Assembly: GCA_050015075.1 (NCBI GenBank)
Contig: JBEKCB010000004.1
Coordinates: forward strand, 1 to 64,000
DNA length: 64,000 bases
Reading direction: 5' to 3'
Origin: Candidatus Brocadiia bacterium
GTDB lineage: Bacteria > Planctomycetota > Brocadiia > CAIUPP01
Below are positions 47,085 to 56,980 of the stretch, in pieces (position 1 is the stretch's first letter; every line of letters starts with the position of its first letter). Made by a program: the position numbers and the translations under genes. Below the pieces are notes generated by a model. It did not search any database and was not told the origin of the DNA. It was given only the letters and a program-made list of their open reading frames with translations.

Positions 47085-48175
47085 CACGGTCTCTCTTGAG
47101 AACTCGGCGGGCCCTTCGGCATCTCGATGGTCACGCGTGTTCCTCCGTTTTCCTTCGTCGCGAGTTGGAACGTCCCGCCCAGATGGCCGATTCTTTCCTG
47201 CATGCGGTATAACCCAAAGCCGCCGTTTCGGCTGAACGAATTCGTCATAACGGAACGGTCGAATCCTCTGCCATCGTCCTCGACGGCAATCCGAATGTGA
47301 CCATCGGTGCAAGTGGCGCGCACGTCAGCGCGCCGCGCGCCGGCGTGCTTTACGACATTATGCAGGAGTTCCCGCACGGCATCATACAGGACACCGTCAA
47401 TTTCCTTCGCCGATGCGGTCACGTCTCCATTGCTCTGGTAAATGCACTGGAGGTCGAAGCGCGATCCCACGTCTTCGCATAGCTCGTTCAGGGCGTCGTC
47501 CAGGCCGAGCTTCCGCAAGACCGGGGAATCCAACTCATAGGTCATATTTCGGACTTGGTCGGTCACTTGGCCAAGAACCTCCTCCGCTTCTCGAATGGAG
47601 CGCAACGCGCGATCGGGAAGAGGTCCGTTCCGAACAGCTTCATCGAGGCTGAGGCCCAAGGCGGTGAGCATCTGTCCGATATTGTCGTGCAGCCAGGCTG
47701 CGATCTCGCGGCGTTCCCGGTCACTCGCGTCCGCAAGCTTCATGTTCAGCCGCGCGCGTTCGGCGGCCTGGGCTTCGGCGGCCCTGCGCGCCTGACGTAA
47801 TTTTCCGCCGACGTACCCGACCAGGATGGCCCCGAAAATGACGATCAGCCGGCGCGGAACTAGCCCGACGCTTATCGGGCTGCTCGCCAGTGGAACAAGT
47901 GTAAGTTCCGAGACCGCGAGGCCGACGACGGCCGCCGTCAGGCCAGGTCCTACGCCCAGTGCCAGCGCGATGAGTAAGGCCGCTGGATACAGAATTACGT
48001 ATGGCGCGGCGACGCCAATCCATGGGACGAGCAACAGACGTATGGCAACCGCCGCTGCTCCGGCGAAAATTCCGATGCTATAACGTATGATTGCCGGTCT
48101 GCAACCGGTGCCTTTGGTCGCAGCTTCCCAGACGCCGACAAACCGTCGAATGAGACTTCTTGTCAAATTGATCAT
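47084..48175 (-). CDS. Membrane sensor histidine kinase (DUF4118-like TMs, HisKA_3)
   Basis: 4 TMs; ERREIAAWLHDNIGQ; ELLHNVVKHA, DDGRGF, GFGL. Confidence 0.92.
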   Translation of the reverse strand: MINLTRSLIRRFVGVWEAATKGTGCRPAIIRYSIGIFAGAAAVAIRLLLVPWIGVAAPYVILYPAALLIALALGVGPGLTAAVVGLAVSELTLVPLASSPISVGLVPRRLIVIFGAILVGYVGGKLRQARRAAEAQAAERARLNMKLADASDRERREIAAWLHDNIGQMLTALGLSLDEAVRNGPLPDRALRSIREAEEVLGQVTDQVRNMTYELDSPVLRKLGLDDALNELCEDVGSRFDLQCIYQSNGDVTASAKEIDGVLYDAVRELLHNVVKHAGARRADVRATCTDGHIRIAVEDDGRGFDRSVMTNSFSRNGGFGLYRMQERIGHLGGTFQLATKENGGTRVTIEMPKGPPSSQERP

Positions 48176-48600
48176 AATCTTTTTTCGTCGCAGGCGCCTG
48201 CTGTGCATCCGGCATCGCTGTTCATTTCCAGCGACTCCGTGTTTACCGTTAAGCCAGACCATCGCTAAACCGCAGGTCTTCAAAAGCATAACCCTCCATG
48301 CTGCTTCGCGCAAGTGCCATCATTCCCGACTGGAAGAAAGGAGTTCGCCAGCCACTTTACCTCAGCCTTCCACGCCGGCGTTCGCACTCGGCACAAGATC
48401 CGCGAGGAAGAGCTTTCCTGGAAACAGCGCGAGACCGAGCAGGCTTACTACACGGTGCTCGACTTCGAGCGCGACAAGCCCGTTCAAGACCGGCAAACCA
48501 CCAAAGAGTCGTTTGACAGCGGCAGCTGGACTGTTTAGTTTCATGCTTCAAAGCCAAGTGCCCTTTGGACTCGGGCAAACAGGAAATAGGAGGCGGAACC

Positions 48601-50697
48601 ATGCGAGCGATAAGATGGCATATCCTGCGTTCCGGCGTGATCTGTTTATCCTGTCTGGCCGCGGCCGCGACTTCATTCGCCGGCGCATCCGACCTGGCGC
48701 TGAGCTTCGACCCGGCGATAATCACCACGACTGACGCGACCGCATCGGCTAAACCCGGCGCGGCGCCGGTCCTGGTCGTGACCACCGGCCACGCGCAATC
48801 CTGGGCGGGTATCGCGCTGCCGGCGCCGGAGGAGCATTGGGACTTTTCAGCGTTCAGCTATATCGCATTGCAGATCAGGAACAGGGGCGCCCGCCCTGTC
48901 ACTGTCCATTGCCGCGTGGATAGTCCCGGCGCGGACGGCAAGAAGAATTGCGTTACGGGCCACCTGACGCTCGACATGTGCAGGGTGGACACGTTGATGG
49001 TGCCTTTGCAGCGAACGCACGAGGATACGCTCGGCGGAAAACTCTTCGGGATGCTGGGCTATCCGGTCTCCGCTGGCGCGGACAGCGGTTTCGACCCGAA
49101 GAACGTTACGCAACTTCTGGTCTTCGTGGACAAGCCGGCGGAGGACAGCGTTTTCGAGATTACCGCGGTACGCGCCACCGGCGCTTACAGCCCGCCGACC
49201 GCATGGACGACGGACGCCGACCCGTTTTTCCCGTTCATTGACACGTTCGGCCAGTACCGGCATAAGGATTGGCCGGGCAAGACGCATTCGCTCGACGACT
49301 TCCCGGCCCGGCGCGAGCAGGAGGCGAAAGACCTCGCAGCGCACCCCGGCCCGAAGGATTGGGACAAGTACGGCGGCTCGCTGAGCCACCCGGCGCTCAA
49401 GGCCACCGGGTTCTTCCGCGTCGAGAAGATCGGCGGCAAATGGTGGCTGGTGGATCCCGACGGCCGGCTGTTCTTCTCGAACGGCATTGATTGCGTGCGG
49501 TCGCAGGAGGGCACGCCGATTGACAACCGCGAAAACTGGTTTGCGGATTTCCCCGGCAAGCAGACGGAGTTTGCGGACTTCCTGACGCGTGGCCGAGCGC
49601 GCCCGGGCCAGAACGACGGGCGCCCGCCCCAGATGTTTTGCTTCAATCGCGCGAACCTCCTGCGCAAGTACGGCCCGGACTGGCATGCGCTCAGTTCCAG
49701 GCTCGCCCACCAGCGGCTGCGCAGTTGGGGACTCAACACCATCGCCAACTGGTCGGACGAGAGCGCGTTCCTGATGCGGCTCACGCCCTACACCGATTCC
49801 ATCGGAAGCCGCGGGTCGAAGGTGATCATCGCCGGCCAAGACTCCTATGCGAGATTCCCCGACGCGTTCGACGCGAGCTTTGCCGATGCCCTCCGCCAGA
49901 GTATGGAAGCGAAGCGCGGCAAGAGCGCCGGCGACGCATGGTGCATCGGTTATTTCTCGGACAACGAGTTGTTCTGGGACGACGACGGGCTGTCGCTCGC
50001 GGTCGCCGCGCTGAAATCGCCGCCGGAGCAGGCCGCGAAGAAGGTCTTCGTCGCCGACCTCCGGGCGAAATACGGCGACATCGCCAGGTTGAACCAGACC
50101 TGGGGCACGGCGCACGCCTCCTGGGAGGCGCTGCTCGAAAGCCGCGACGCGCCGGACCAGCAAAAAGCTGAGGCGGACTTGGCCGCGTTTTACTCGAAGC
50201 TGGGCGAGCAGTATTTTCGCACCGCGCGCGACACCGTCAAAGCGGTCGCGCCGAAGCAACTCTACCTGGGCTGCCGGTTCGCGTGGATCAACCCCCGCGC
50301 CGCCGCGGCGGCCGCGAAATATTGCGACGTGGTGAGCTACAACATCTACCATCGCAGCGCGGCCGATTTCCAGTTCACCGGCGGCGCCGACGTGCCGCTG
50401 ATTATCGGCGAGTTCCACTTCGGCGCGCTGGACCGCGGGCTGTTCCACCCCGGCGCGGTGGCGGTGGCCAACCAGGAGGCGCGCGCGCAGGCTTACAAGG
50501 ATTACGTCCTGGGAGTCCTCGCGCACCCGCAGTTCGTCGGCTGCCACTGGTTCCAATACCAGGACGAGCCGGTCACCGCCCGCGGGTACGATAAGGAGAA
50601 CATGCAGATCGGGTTCCTGGACGTGTGCGATACGCCCTATCCCGAAATCGTCGAGGCGAGCCGTGCCGTGGGAGCGATGCTTTACCAGCGGCAGTGA
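48601..50697 (+). CDS. Secreted GH50-like beta-agarase/beta-galactosidase
   Basis: Signal peptide; FIDTFGQY, KATGFFRVEK..WWLVDPDG, WGLNTIANWS, YFSDNE, IIGEFHFGA, GCHWFQY. Confidence 0.88.
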   Translation: MRAIRWHILRSGVICLSCLAAAATSFAGASDLALSFDPAIITTTDATASAKPGAAPVLVVTTGHAQSWAGIALPAPEEHWDFSAFSYIALQIRNRGARPVTVHCRVDSPGADGKKNCVTGHLTLDMCRVDTLMVPLQRTHEDTLGGKLFGMLGYPVSAGADSGFDPKNVTQLLVFVDKPAEDSVFEITAVRATGAYSPPTAWTTDADPFFPFIDTFGQYRHKDWPGKTHSLDDFPARREQEAKDLAAHPGPKDWDKYGGSLSHPALKATGFFRVEKIGGKWWLVDPDGRLFFSNGIDCVRSQEGTPIDNRENWFADFPGKQTEFADFLTRGRARPGQNDGRPPQMFCFNRANLLRKYGPDWHALSSRLAHQRLRSWGLNTIANWSDESAFLMRLTPYTDSIGSRGSKVIIAGQDSYARFPDAFDASFADALRQSMEAKRGKSAGDAWCIGYFSDNELFWDDDGLSLAVAALKSPPEQAAKKVFVADLRAKYGDIARLNQTWGTAHASWEALLESRDAPDQQKAEADLAAFYSKLGEQYFRTARDTVKAVAPKQLYLGCRFAWINPRAAAAAAKYCDVVSYNIYHRSAADFQFTGGADVPLIIGEFHFGALDRGLFHPGAVAVANQEARAQAYKDYVLGVLAHPQFVGCHWFQYQDEPVTARGYDKENMQIGFLDVCDTPYPEIVEASRAVGAMLYQRQ

Positions 50698-50756
50698 CGA
50701 GAAAGTCAAACGGGAAATCCCTGTAATTTCAGTGGACCAGTTCAGGAGGACGAGCG

Positions 50757-53048
50757 ATGAAGAAACTCTTGCAGTCGGCGGCGCTGGTTTCGGCTGCGCT
50801 GGCAATCGGGCTTGCGTTGGGCTGCGCGCAGACCCCACCGGTCAAGGTCCCGGCCGTGGCCCAGGAGCCGCCGGTGAAGGCCACGCCAACCCCGCCTGCG
50901 CCACCGCCGTCATTCCTGCCGGAGAAGGATCCGACTGCGCCGGAAGGGCTGCCGGTCAAGTACCTCGATGCCGCCGCCAACGTGCATCCGCGGCTGCTGA
51001 TCACCGCCGAGAAGGTTGCGCAGCTCAAGGCCTTTTACAACAGCCCCGAGGCCGCAACCTACCGGGCGCAGATGGAAGGATACGTCGCCGGATGCACGGT
51101 GCCGGCGGATCGCAGGACGAGTCTCTCCTGGGGACAGGAGTACGGCCTGTTCAAGATGCCGATGGTTGCCCTGCACTATGTGCTGACGAAGGACCCCGCC
51201 TCATTCGAGAAGTCGGTGGCGTACCTGAAATGGCTGGCCGGGACAGCCAATTGGACCCGAGGCGGCGAGCCGGCCGTGGCCGACACGCCGGAAGCCTATG
51301 CCCAGGTTATGGAGACATTGAAGCACTTCGAACCGCGCGGCGAGCGGAACAGCGATACGACCGCTTCGTTCACGATGGTCGGCGCGTCGCTCACCTGGGA
51401 CTGGCTCTATAACGATCTGGACCCGGCGTTCCGGGAGATGTTCCGCCAGGTGCTCTGGGAGCACGCCCGCGTGATGTACTACGGCGGCCACAAGGGCGGC
51501 AATCCCGGCGGGAACTACTGGCGCGGCAAGCCGGCGTACAATCACCGCTGGTTCCGCGACTGGGGCCTGACGCTCGCGGCGCTGGGCGCGGCCGAGGGCA
51601 AACCGGAGCAACAGTGGCTGCTGAGCGAGGTGGAGAAGGAACTCAAGTTCATGGCGGACTGGATGCCGTCGGACGGCAGCCAGCATGAAGGACCGGGCTA
51701 TGGCTCCAGCGCGGGCGCGCTGGGCATGGCCTTCGAGGTCTCGGACGATTTGAGCGGGACGCATTACCTCGACTCGCCGTTCTACCGGAGTGTCGGGGCG
51801 TACACGATGGAGACCACGGCGCCGGGCATGACCGAGTCGCTCTACTTCGCCGATTGCTGGACCAAGGAACTCGGTATGAATTCGTTCTTTCTGAAAACCG
51901 CGGCGATGCACAAGCAGCCCGACGTGATGGACGGCCTCAGGCATGCCCTACAAGTCCATTCGAAAGATTGGGGCATAGTGGATTCCGCCTGGGAGGCGCT
52001 GATCTACGATGATCCGAGCGTCACGGGCGGCCACTACGCGAATCTGCCCGCGACCGTGTTTCTTCCGGACCTGGGGATCTCCATCAGTCGCGACTCATGG
52101 CAGGACAAGGCCGTGGCGGCGATGTTCAAGTGTGGGCCGATGGGCGGCTATAAGGCCAACTCCTGGCGGCCGACCGCTAAGGAGCCCAACGGCAGCCTGC
52201 CGTACCTCAACGTGGCGCACGACCATCCCGACGCGAACTCCTTCATCATCTTCGGCGACGGCGAGTACCTGGCCGAGACCGACCGTTATTGCGAGCGGCC
52301 GGGCAAACTGTCCTCCAGCGTCAACACGATCCTGATCAACGGCCTCGGCCAGGTTGCGGACGGGCGACCCGAAGGAGATGACTGGCAGCAACCCGGCAAC
52401 GGCGACATGACCGATCAGGGCAAGATCACCGCGTACAAGGACGCCGGCGACGTGGTCGTGACCGAAGGCGAGGCGGCCGGGTCGTACATTCAGTACAACG
52501 ATGTCAAGACGAATCGGAGCCGCCCGGCCATTGACCGTTTCCGCCGGACTTTCATCTGGGTCAAAGGCGGCTACATTCTGACGTTCGACGATATCCGCTC
52601 GTCCAAGCCGGTCGAAATCACCTGGCTCATGCAAGGCGCCAAGCTCGAACCGGTGAACGAGGCCGAGGGGCGGTACAGGTTGGCCAAGGGCGACGCTCAG
52701 TGCGAGTTCCAGCTTGTGGCGGACGTGCCGCTCAAGTCGAAGATGGGCGTCTCAACTGCCAACGATCACAGCAAACTGATGAACTGGCAGCAACTCCAGG
52801 CCACCGCCGAGGGGACCGCCGTCCGGTACGCCTGCGTCGTTGACCCGTGGCACAAGAACGTGAAGGTCACGCTGACGCCCGACGGCCCGGACAAAACGAC
52901 AATCACAGTGAGCGGGCCGGGCATCGCCGACACGTGGACATGGGAGGCGGCCAAGGGTAAGTTCGAGGCAGCCACCTGGCACGGGTCGCGCCAGGGCGGG
53001 TTCGACGTTACGGTGAATGCCCAAACGGCTGTGCCGCCGGCGCCGTAA
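50757..53048 (+). CDS. Lipoprotein, heparinase II/III-like (DUF4962) polysaccharide lyase
   Basis: Lipobox LALGC; HPRLL; YNH; DGSQHEGPGY; HDHPDANSF. Confidence 0.78.
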   Translation: MKKLLQSAALVSAALAIGLALGCAQTPPVKVPAVAQEPPVKATPTPPAPPPSFLPEKDPTAPEGLPVKYLDAAANVHPRLLITAEKVAQLKAFYNSPEAATYRAQMEGYVAGCTVPADRRTSLSWGQEYGLFKMPMVALHYVLTKDPASFEKSVAYLKWLAGTANWTRGGEPAVADTPEAYAQVMETLKHFEPRGERNSDTTASFTMVGASLTWDWLYNDLDPAFREMFRQVLWEHARVMYYGGHKGGNPGGNYWRGKPAYNHRWFRDWGLTLAALGAAEGKPEQQWLLSEVEKELKFMADWMPSDGSQHEGPGYGSSAGALGMAFEVSDDLSGTHYLDSPFYRSVGAYTMETTAPGMTESLYFADCWTKELGMNSFFLKTAAMHKQPDVMDGLRHALQVHSKDWGIVDSAWEALIYDDPSVTGGHYANLPATVFLPDLGISISRDSWQDKAVAAMFKCGPMGGYKANSWRPTAKEPNGSLPYLNVAHDHPDANSFIIFGDGEYLAETDRYCERPGKLSSSVNTILINGLGQVADGRPEGDDWQQPGNGDMTDQGKITAYKDAGDVVVTEGEAAGSYIQYNDVKTNRSRPAIDRFRRTFIWVKGGYILTFDDIRSSKPVEITWLMQGAKLEPVNEAEGRYRLAKGDAQCEFQLVADVPLKSKMGVSTANDHSKLMNWQQLQATAEGTAVRYACVVDPWHKNVKVTLTPDGPDKTTITVSGPGIADTWTWEAAKGKFEAATWHGSRQGGFDVTVNAQTAVPPAP

Positions 53049-53542
53049 CGCGGGAATGAGAGCATCACCTAATTCGAAAATGTCCGTGGCGTTCCGGACG
53101 ATTACTGACCGGTACCTGACTGGAAGTTCAGATGCCGTCGGTATCTATGAAGATACCGGCGGCATCTACTTTTGGTTCGAAGTTCACCTGCGGCACGAGC
53201 CGGCATCCGGTAGGCAGCGCGGCCGGTGACGCAGTGCGAAACAGTCTAGCCAAGTTTGCGTTGCCGCTCTTCACAAAGTTCCACCGTACGAGTCGCTGGC
53301 ATGATCTTCTAGATACCATGCCAGTTCTCGCATACATGGTGCGGGGCCCATGCCGGTGAGAAGTCAGTCAATCGGCCTGAAGTTCGACCGGACCGGCTTG
53401 CTCGCCATCATGACCTTTGGCGTAACTAACGGCTGGAAAAGGGGTTGAGCAGGATTTATTCAAAGTGCCATAAAATGGGATACAATTCATATAAGGAGAG
53501 CGAGATACGAAGATGAGGACTTGAGGACAGGAGGGTTAAACC

Positions 53543-54202
53543 ATGCGCTACAACAAACTGATCTTACCAGTCGTGCTATCGCTGGTCACGCTTCCGTGGA
53601 CAGCGGCGGGAAGCGCAAGGGCAGCGGCAGGTCAGCCCGACGCCGGCTACCGAGCCGTAAGTTGGCCAAGCCCACCTGACCCATCTCCAGATACGCCGGG
53701 TAACCCGGACCCGAACCGTCCGGCTCCAAGTTTTCCGGGTCCACTCGTTCCGTCTCCAAATACCCCGGACAATCCGGACCCAAACTACCCGGCCCCAAGT
53801 CTTCCGGCGCCACCTGTCGCGTCTCCAAATACCCCGAGCAACCCGGATCCAAACTACCCGGCCCCAAGTCTTCCGGGCCCACCGGTGGCGTCTCCAAATA
53901 CCCCGACTAACCCGGACCCAAACTATCCGGCCCCGAGCCTTCCGGCTCCGCCCGTCTCGTCTCCGAATACTCCGAGCGACCCGAACTCGAACAACTCGCC
54001 TCCAAGCGCACCGTATCCAAGCAACCCGGCGCCCGGCGCGCCGGACAATAGTAACCCGGCTCCAAGCGCACCGGACTCAGGGAACCAGGCGCCAAGTGCG
54101 CCAGACAACAGTAACCCGGCTCCGAGTCCACCGGATTCAAGTAACCCGGCTCCAAGCGCACCGGACGAAAGCAGCCCGGAATCAGGTTCCAGCGATTATT
54201 AG
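53543..54202 (+). CDS. Secreted Pro/Asn/Ser-rich tandem-repeat protein
   Basis: GGAGG RBS, signal peptide; 23-aa (69-nt) repeats SPNTPxNPDPNYPAPSLPxPPVx, then 10-aa PAPSAPDxSN repeats. Confidence 0.75.
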   Translation: MRYNKLILPVVLSLVTLPWTAAGSARAAAGQPDAGYRAVSWPSPPDPSPDTPGNPDPNRPAPSFPGPLVPSPNTPDNPDPNYPAPSLPAPPVASPNTPSNPDPNYPAPSLPGPPVASPNTPTNPDPNYPAPSLPAPPVSSPNTPSDPNSNNSPPSAPYPSNPAPGAPDNSNPAPSAPDSGNQAPSAPDNSNPAPSPPDSSNPAPSAPDESSPESGSSDY

Positions 54203-54229
54203 GGCTCGGCGGAAAAGTCTACTCGCCGC

Positions 54230-55312
54230 TCACGACGCGCGCTTGGCCTGCGCCATCAGTTCCCGGGCCTCGCGAGCGCTCTTGACCGATGTCAGGATGT
54301 AAACTCCTCGCGCGCCGAAGCGCCTGACGAACCCCTCCACCGCGCGCGCGGGCAACGACACGTGAAGGCCCTTGCCGCCCTTGAGGATCTTTTCATACAG
54401 CGGGTACCAGCGCTCGTCTTCGTTCGGCGCTGCGCCCGACCCGGAGATCCACTGGATCGCATGCAGCCGCTCCAGCTTCAGAAGTTGATCCACGTGGCAG
54501 ATGCAGTTCGGCCCGTCAAGGTGATAAAGCACGCGGTCGAGGCCCTCGATCTGTTTCCTCACGTACGGAATGAAGAACTCTCCGAACTGGTCGGGAGAGA
54601 TCATCGCGCTGAAGTCGCACTGCACCTTGACCGTCCTGCCCGGCCCCCAGATGTGGAACGCTGTGAACACGCTGCCGCCCGCATCGTCCTTGACGAGGTT
54701 GTAGAACGCGTCGTAATGGATCTGGTAGAGGCGGTTGATGCGTTCCAGCCAGCGGCGGCACTGCTCCGGCCGGTCCATGAGGTCGTAAAGAAAGGTCGCC
54801 GGGCCGCGCATGGCCGAAAGGATGTCCGTGGACTCGACGAGGTCCGGGATCGTGAGGTACGCGTCCGCGCCGAACAGCTCTCGCAGCTTGCGGAACAAAT
54901 CCAGGTGCGCGCGCAGCCAGCGATTTTCCGGATCGTACTTCGGCAGCGGCGTATTCTCCAACGACTCGATGCAGGGCTTGTACCAGACCGTGTCCGGACT
55001 GAAGACGGGTTCGGAACCGAGGTAGAGCGACAGGCTGCCGGGACCGAGGTTCGCGGTGACTTCGGGCAAAGAGTCGCTCCCGAAGTCGTTATGCTCGAGC
55101 CAGCAGCGCGTACCCTGGATCAGGTAGTCCACATTCAGGTACTTCTGCGCAGGGTCCTTCGACTCCTTCGGCCAGGGCGTATCGCCCAACGGCGCGTCGC
55201 GCGGCGCATCAATGGCCATCAGCGGCCGGTCCACAGGCTCGCGATGCCACCACTTCTCGAATCGCTCCTGCGTCTCCGCCCAGTTCTGCTTGTACTGTGT
55301 TGATGGAGGCAT
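54230..55312 (-). CDS. URO-D/MtaA-fold protein (corrinoid methyltransferase-like)
   Basis: LGPGSL, DILSAMRG, QCDFSAMISP, YHLDG, IQW. Confidence 0.8.
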   Translation of the reverse strand: MPPSTQYKQNWAETQERFEKWWHREPVDRPLMAIDAPRDAPLGDTPWPKESKDPAQKYLNVDYLIQGTRCWLEHNDFGSDSLPEVTANLGPGSLSLYLGSEPVFSPDTVWYKPCIESLENTPLPKYDPENRWLRAHLDLFRKLRELFGADAYLTIPDLVESTDILSAMRGPATFLYDLMDRPEQCRRWLERINRLYQIHYDAFYNLVKDDAGGSVFTAFHIWGPGRTVKVQCDFSAMISPDQFGEFFIPYVRKQIEGLDRVLYHLDGPNCICHVDQLLKLERLHAIQWISGSGAAPNEDERWYPLYEKILKGGKGLHVSLPARAVEGFVRRFGARGVYILTSVKSAREARELMAQAKRAS

Positions 55313-55407
55313 GTCGGTTCCTATGTCGGCCGAGATTGATCGGCGATTCACGACCATCGCCGGACTCGGCGCCAATGTTACAGGCCCTGTGCGCCCAAAA
55401 GCAAGCG

Positions 55408-55436
55408 TTGACAAGTGCGGTGCCCTGCGATAGCAT
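55408..55436 (+). promoter_or_regulatory. Putative sigma70 promoter
   Basis: TTGACA-17nt-TAGCAT upstream of the Gfo/Idh/MocA gene. Confidence 0.55.
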
Positions 55437-55479
55437 ACCGCGACCTTGGCACTCCCTGGGGAGATTGAAAGGAAGAACC

Positions 55480-56343
55480 ATGCTGAAGATCGGAATCGTC
55501 GGGGCTGAGAACTCGCACGCCGTGCAAGTCGCCCGGTTGTGCAACGTCGAGAAGCAGGTGGAGGCGCGCGTGGAGATGGTCTGGGGCGAGAAGGCCGAGT
55601 TCGCGCAGAAGACCGCCTCAGACGCCCGGATCCCGGTCATCGTCAAGGACTGGCGCGCGATGCTCGGCAAGGTGGATGGCGTGATGATTGACCACCGCCA
55701 CGGAAAGCACCACTTCGAGCCGGCGAAATTCTTCCTGTCGAACGGCGTGCCCACCTTCGTGGACAAGCCGTTCACGTTCACGCTGGCCGAAGGCAAAAAG
55801 CTCATCGCCATCGCGCGGCGCAAGAAGACGCCCGTCACTTCGTTCAGCTCCAACCCGCTCCAGCAGAACTTCGGCGATTTCAAGGCCGCCGTCGCCAGGA
55901 TCGGCGAGGTGTACAGCGTGGCCACCGCCGGCCCGGCGGACATCGAGAGCCCGTGGGGCGGCGTCTTCTTCTACGGCATCCACCAGGTGGACGCGATCGT
56001 CAGTCTCCTGGGTCCCTGCGTCGGGACCGCGCGAATGTTCCGGCACGGCGACAACGCGGTCGCGATCCTCACGTACCCGAAGGGCCCGATGGTCACCATG
56101 ACCTGCATCAAGAACGGATTCCATCACTTCCACTGGAGCGCCCTCGGCGAGAAGGGCGCGGTGGATTGGGACCACCACGACGACACGAACGTTCTGCTCA
56201 AGGGTCTCCAAACTTTCCTGAAGATGTTCACGACGAAGGAACAGCCGTTCGAGGGAAGGCGCATACTCGCTCCCATCGCCGTGCTTGAAGCCATGGCGAA
56301 GTCGCTCAAGACCGGCAAGGCGGTGAAAGTGGCGAAGGTGTAA
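55480..56343 (+). CDS. Gfo/Idh/MocA oxidoreductase
   Basis: KIGIVGAENSH, FVDKP, FYGIH. Confidence 0.88.
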   Translation: MLKIGIVGAENSHAVQVARLCNVEKQVEARVEMVWGEKAEFAQKTASDARIPVIVKDWRAMLGKVDGVMIDHRHGKHHFEPAKFFLSNGVPTFVDKPFTFTLAEGKKLIAIARRKKTPVTSFSSNPLQQNFGDFKAAVARIGEVYSVATAGPADIESPWGGVFFYGIHQVDAIVSLLGPCVGTARMFRHGDNAVAILTYPKGPMVTMTCIKNGFHHFHWSALGEKGAVDWDHHDDTNVLLKGLQTFLKMFTTKEQPFEGRRILAPIAVLEAMAKSLKTGKAVKVAKV

Positions 56344-56499
56344 TCGCCATCACCGAAACGGAGGGAGTGCGATAAAGCGGACAGCCCAGGCGCAGCCTTA
56401 ATCGCCACGCTGTAATCCGAAGAATTCCCGCGCGGCCGCAGCGCCTATGCCCTTTGCGCGCGCCGCGCGTCAATCCGGCTTTGCCCCAGGCCGAACTAT

Positions 56500-56766
56500 T
56501 TATGCAGCTCCGGCGTTCGCCGTCATCCGCCGGGACGCGCCGACCGGTTGCTGACCTGCCATGCGCAACAGAACGCTATGCACAAGCCGGTCTTTGAGTC
56601 GTTCGTGCATTTGCCCCTGCTTGAGCGGCGTGACGATGATCCCTGCATCAAACCACTCCGCGATGACCTCTGAGTTGATGCACAGCCGCTCACCGTCCGT
56701 AGCCACCGGCGACCCCTCAGCAGGCTCCTGACTCAGAAAGGCCTCTACGACATCCATCTCGCTCAT
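56500..56766 (-). CDS. Small hypothetical protein
   Basis: 88-aa ORF with AAGGGGG RBS-like site. Confidence 0.45.
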   Translation of the reverse strand: MSEMDVVEAFLSQEPAEGSPVATDGERLCINSEVIAEWFDAGIIVTPLKQGQMHERLKDRLVHSVLLRMAGQQPVGASRRMTANAGAA

Positions 56767-56980
56767 GTTATCCCCCTTGCAGGCATCCATCGCATCCCCA
56801 TTCAAGTTCAACCTTCTGCGAATGCTATCACGGCCGCGTTCAGTTGAATATCGGGAACGCGTCCGGTCTTTCCCTAGGGGAATTCCTTACGGCGTTTGAG
56901 GTGCGTTCGACGCGGCCTCATTACGCAGACGCGGACGGTTGGACCTGCTGCGTCCCCGGACTCGCGTGCGGCGCGAGATC

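Noticed and set aside
53690-54170. Possible CRISPR array
   Set aside because: In-frame coding repeats with period a multiple of 3, no unique spacers, no cas genes
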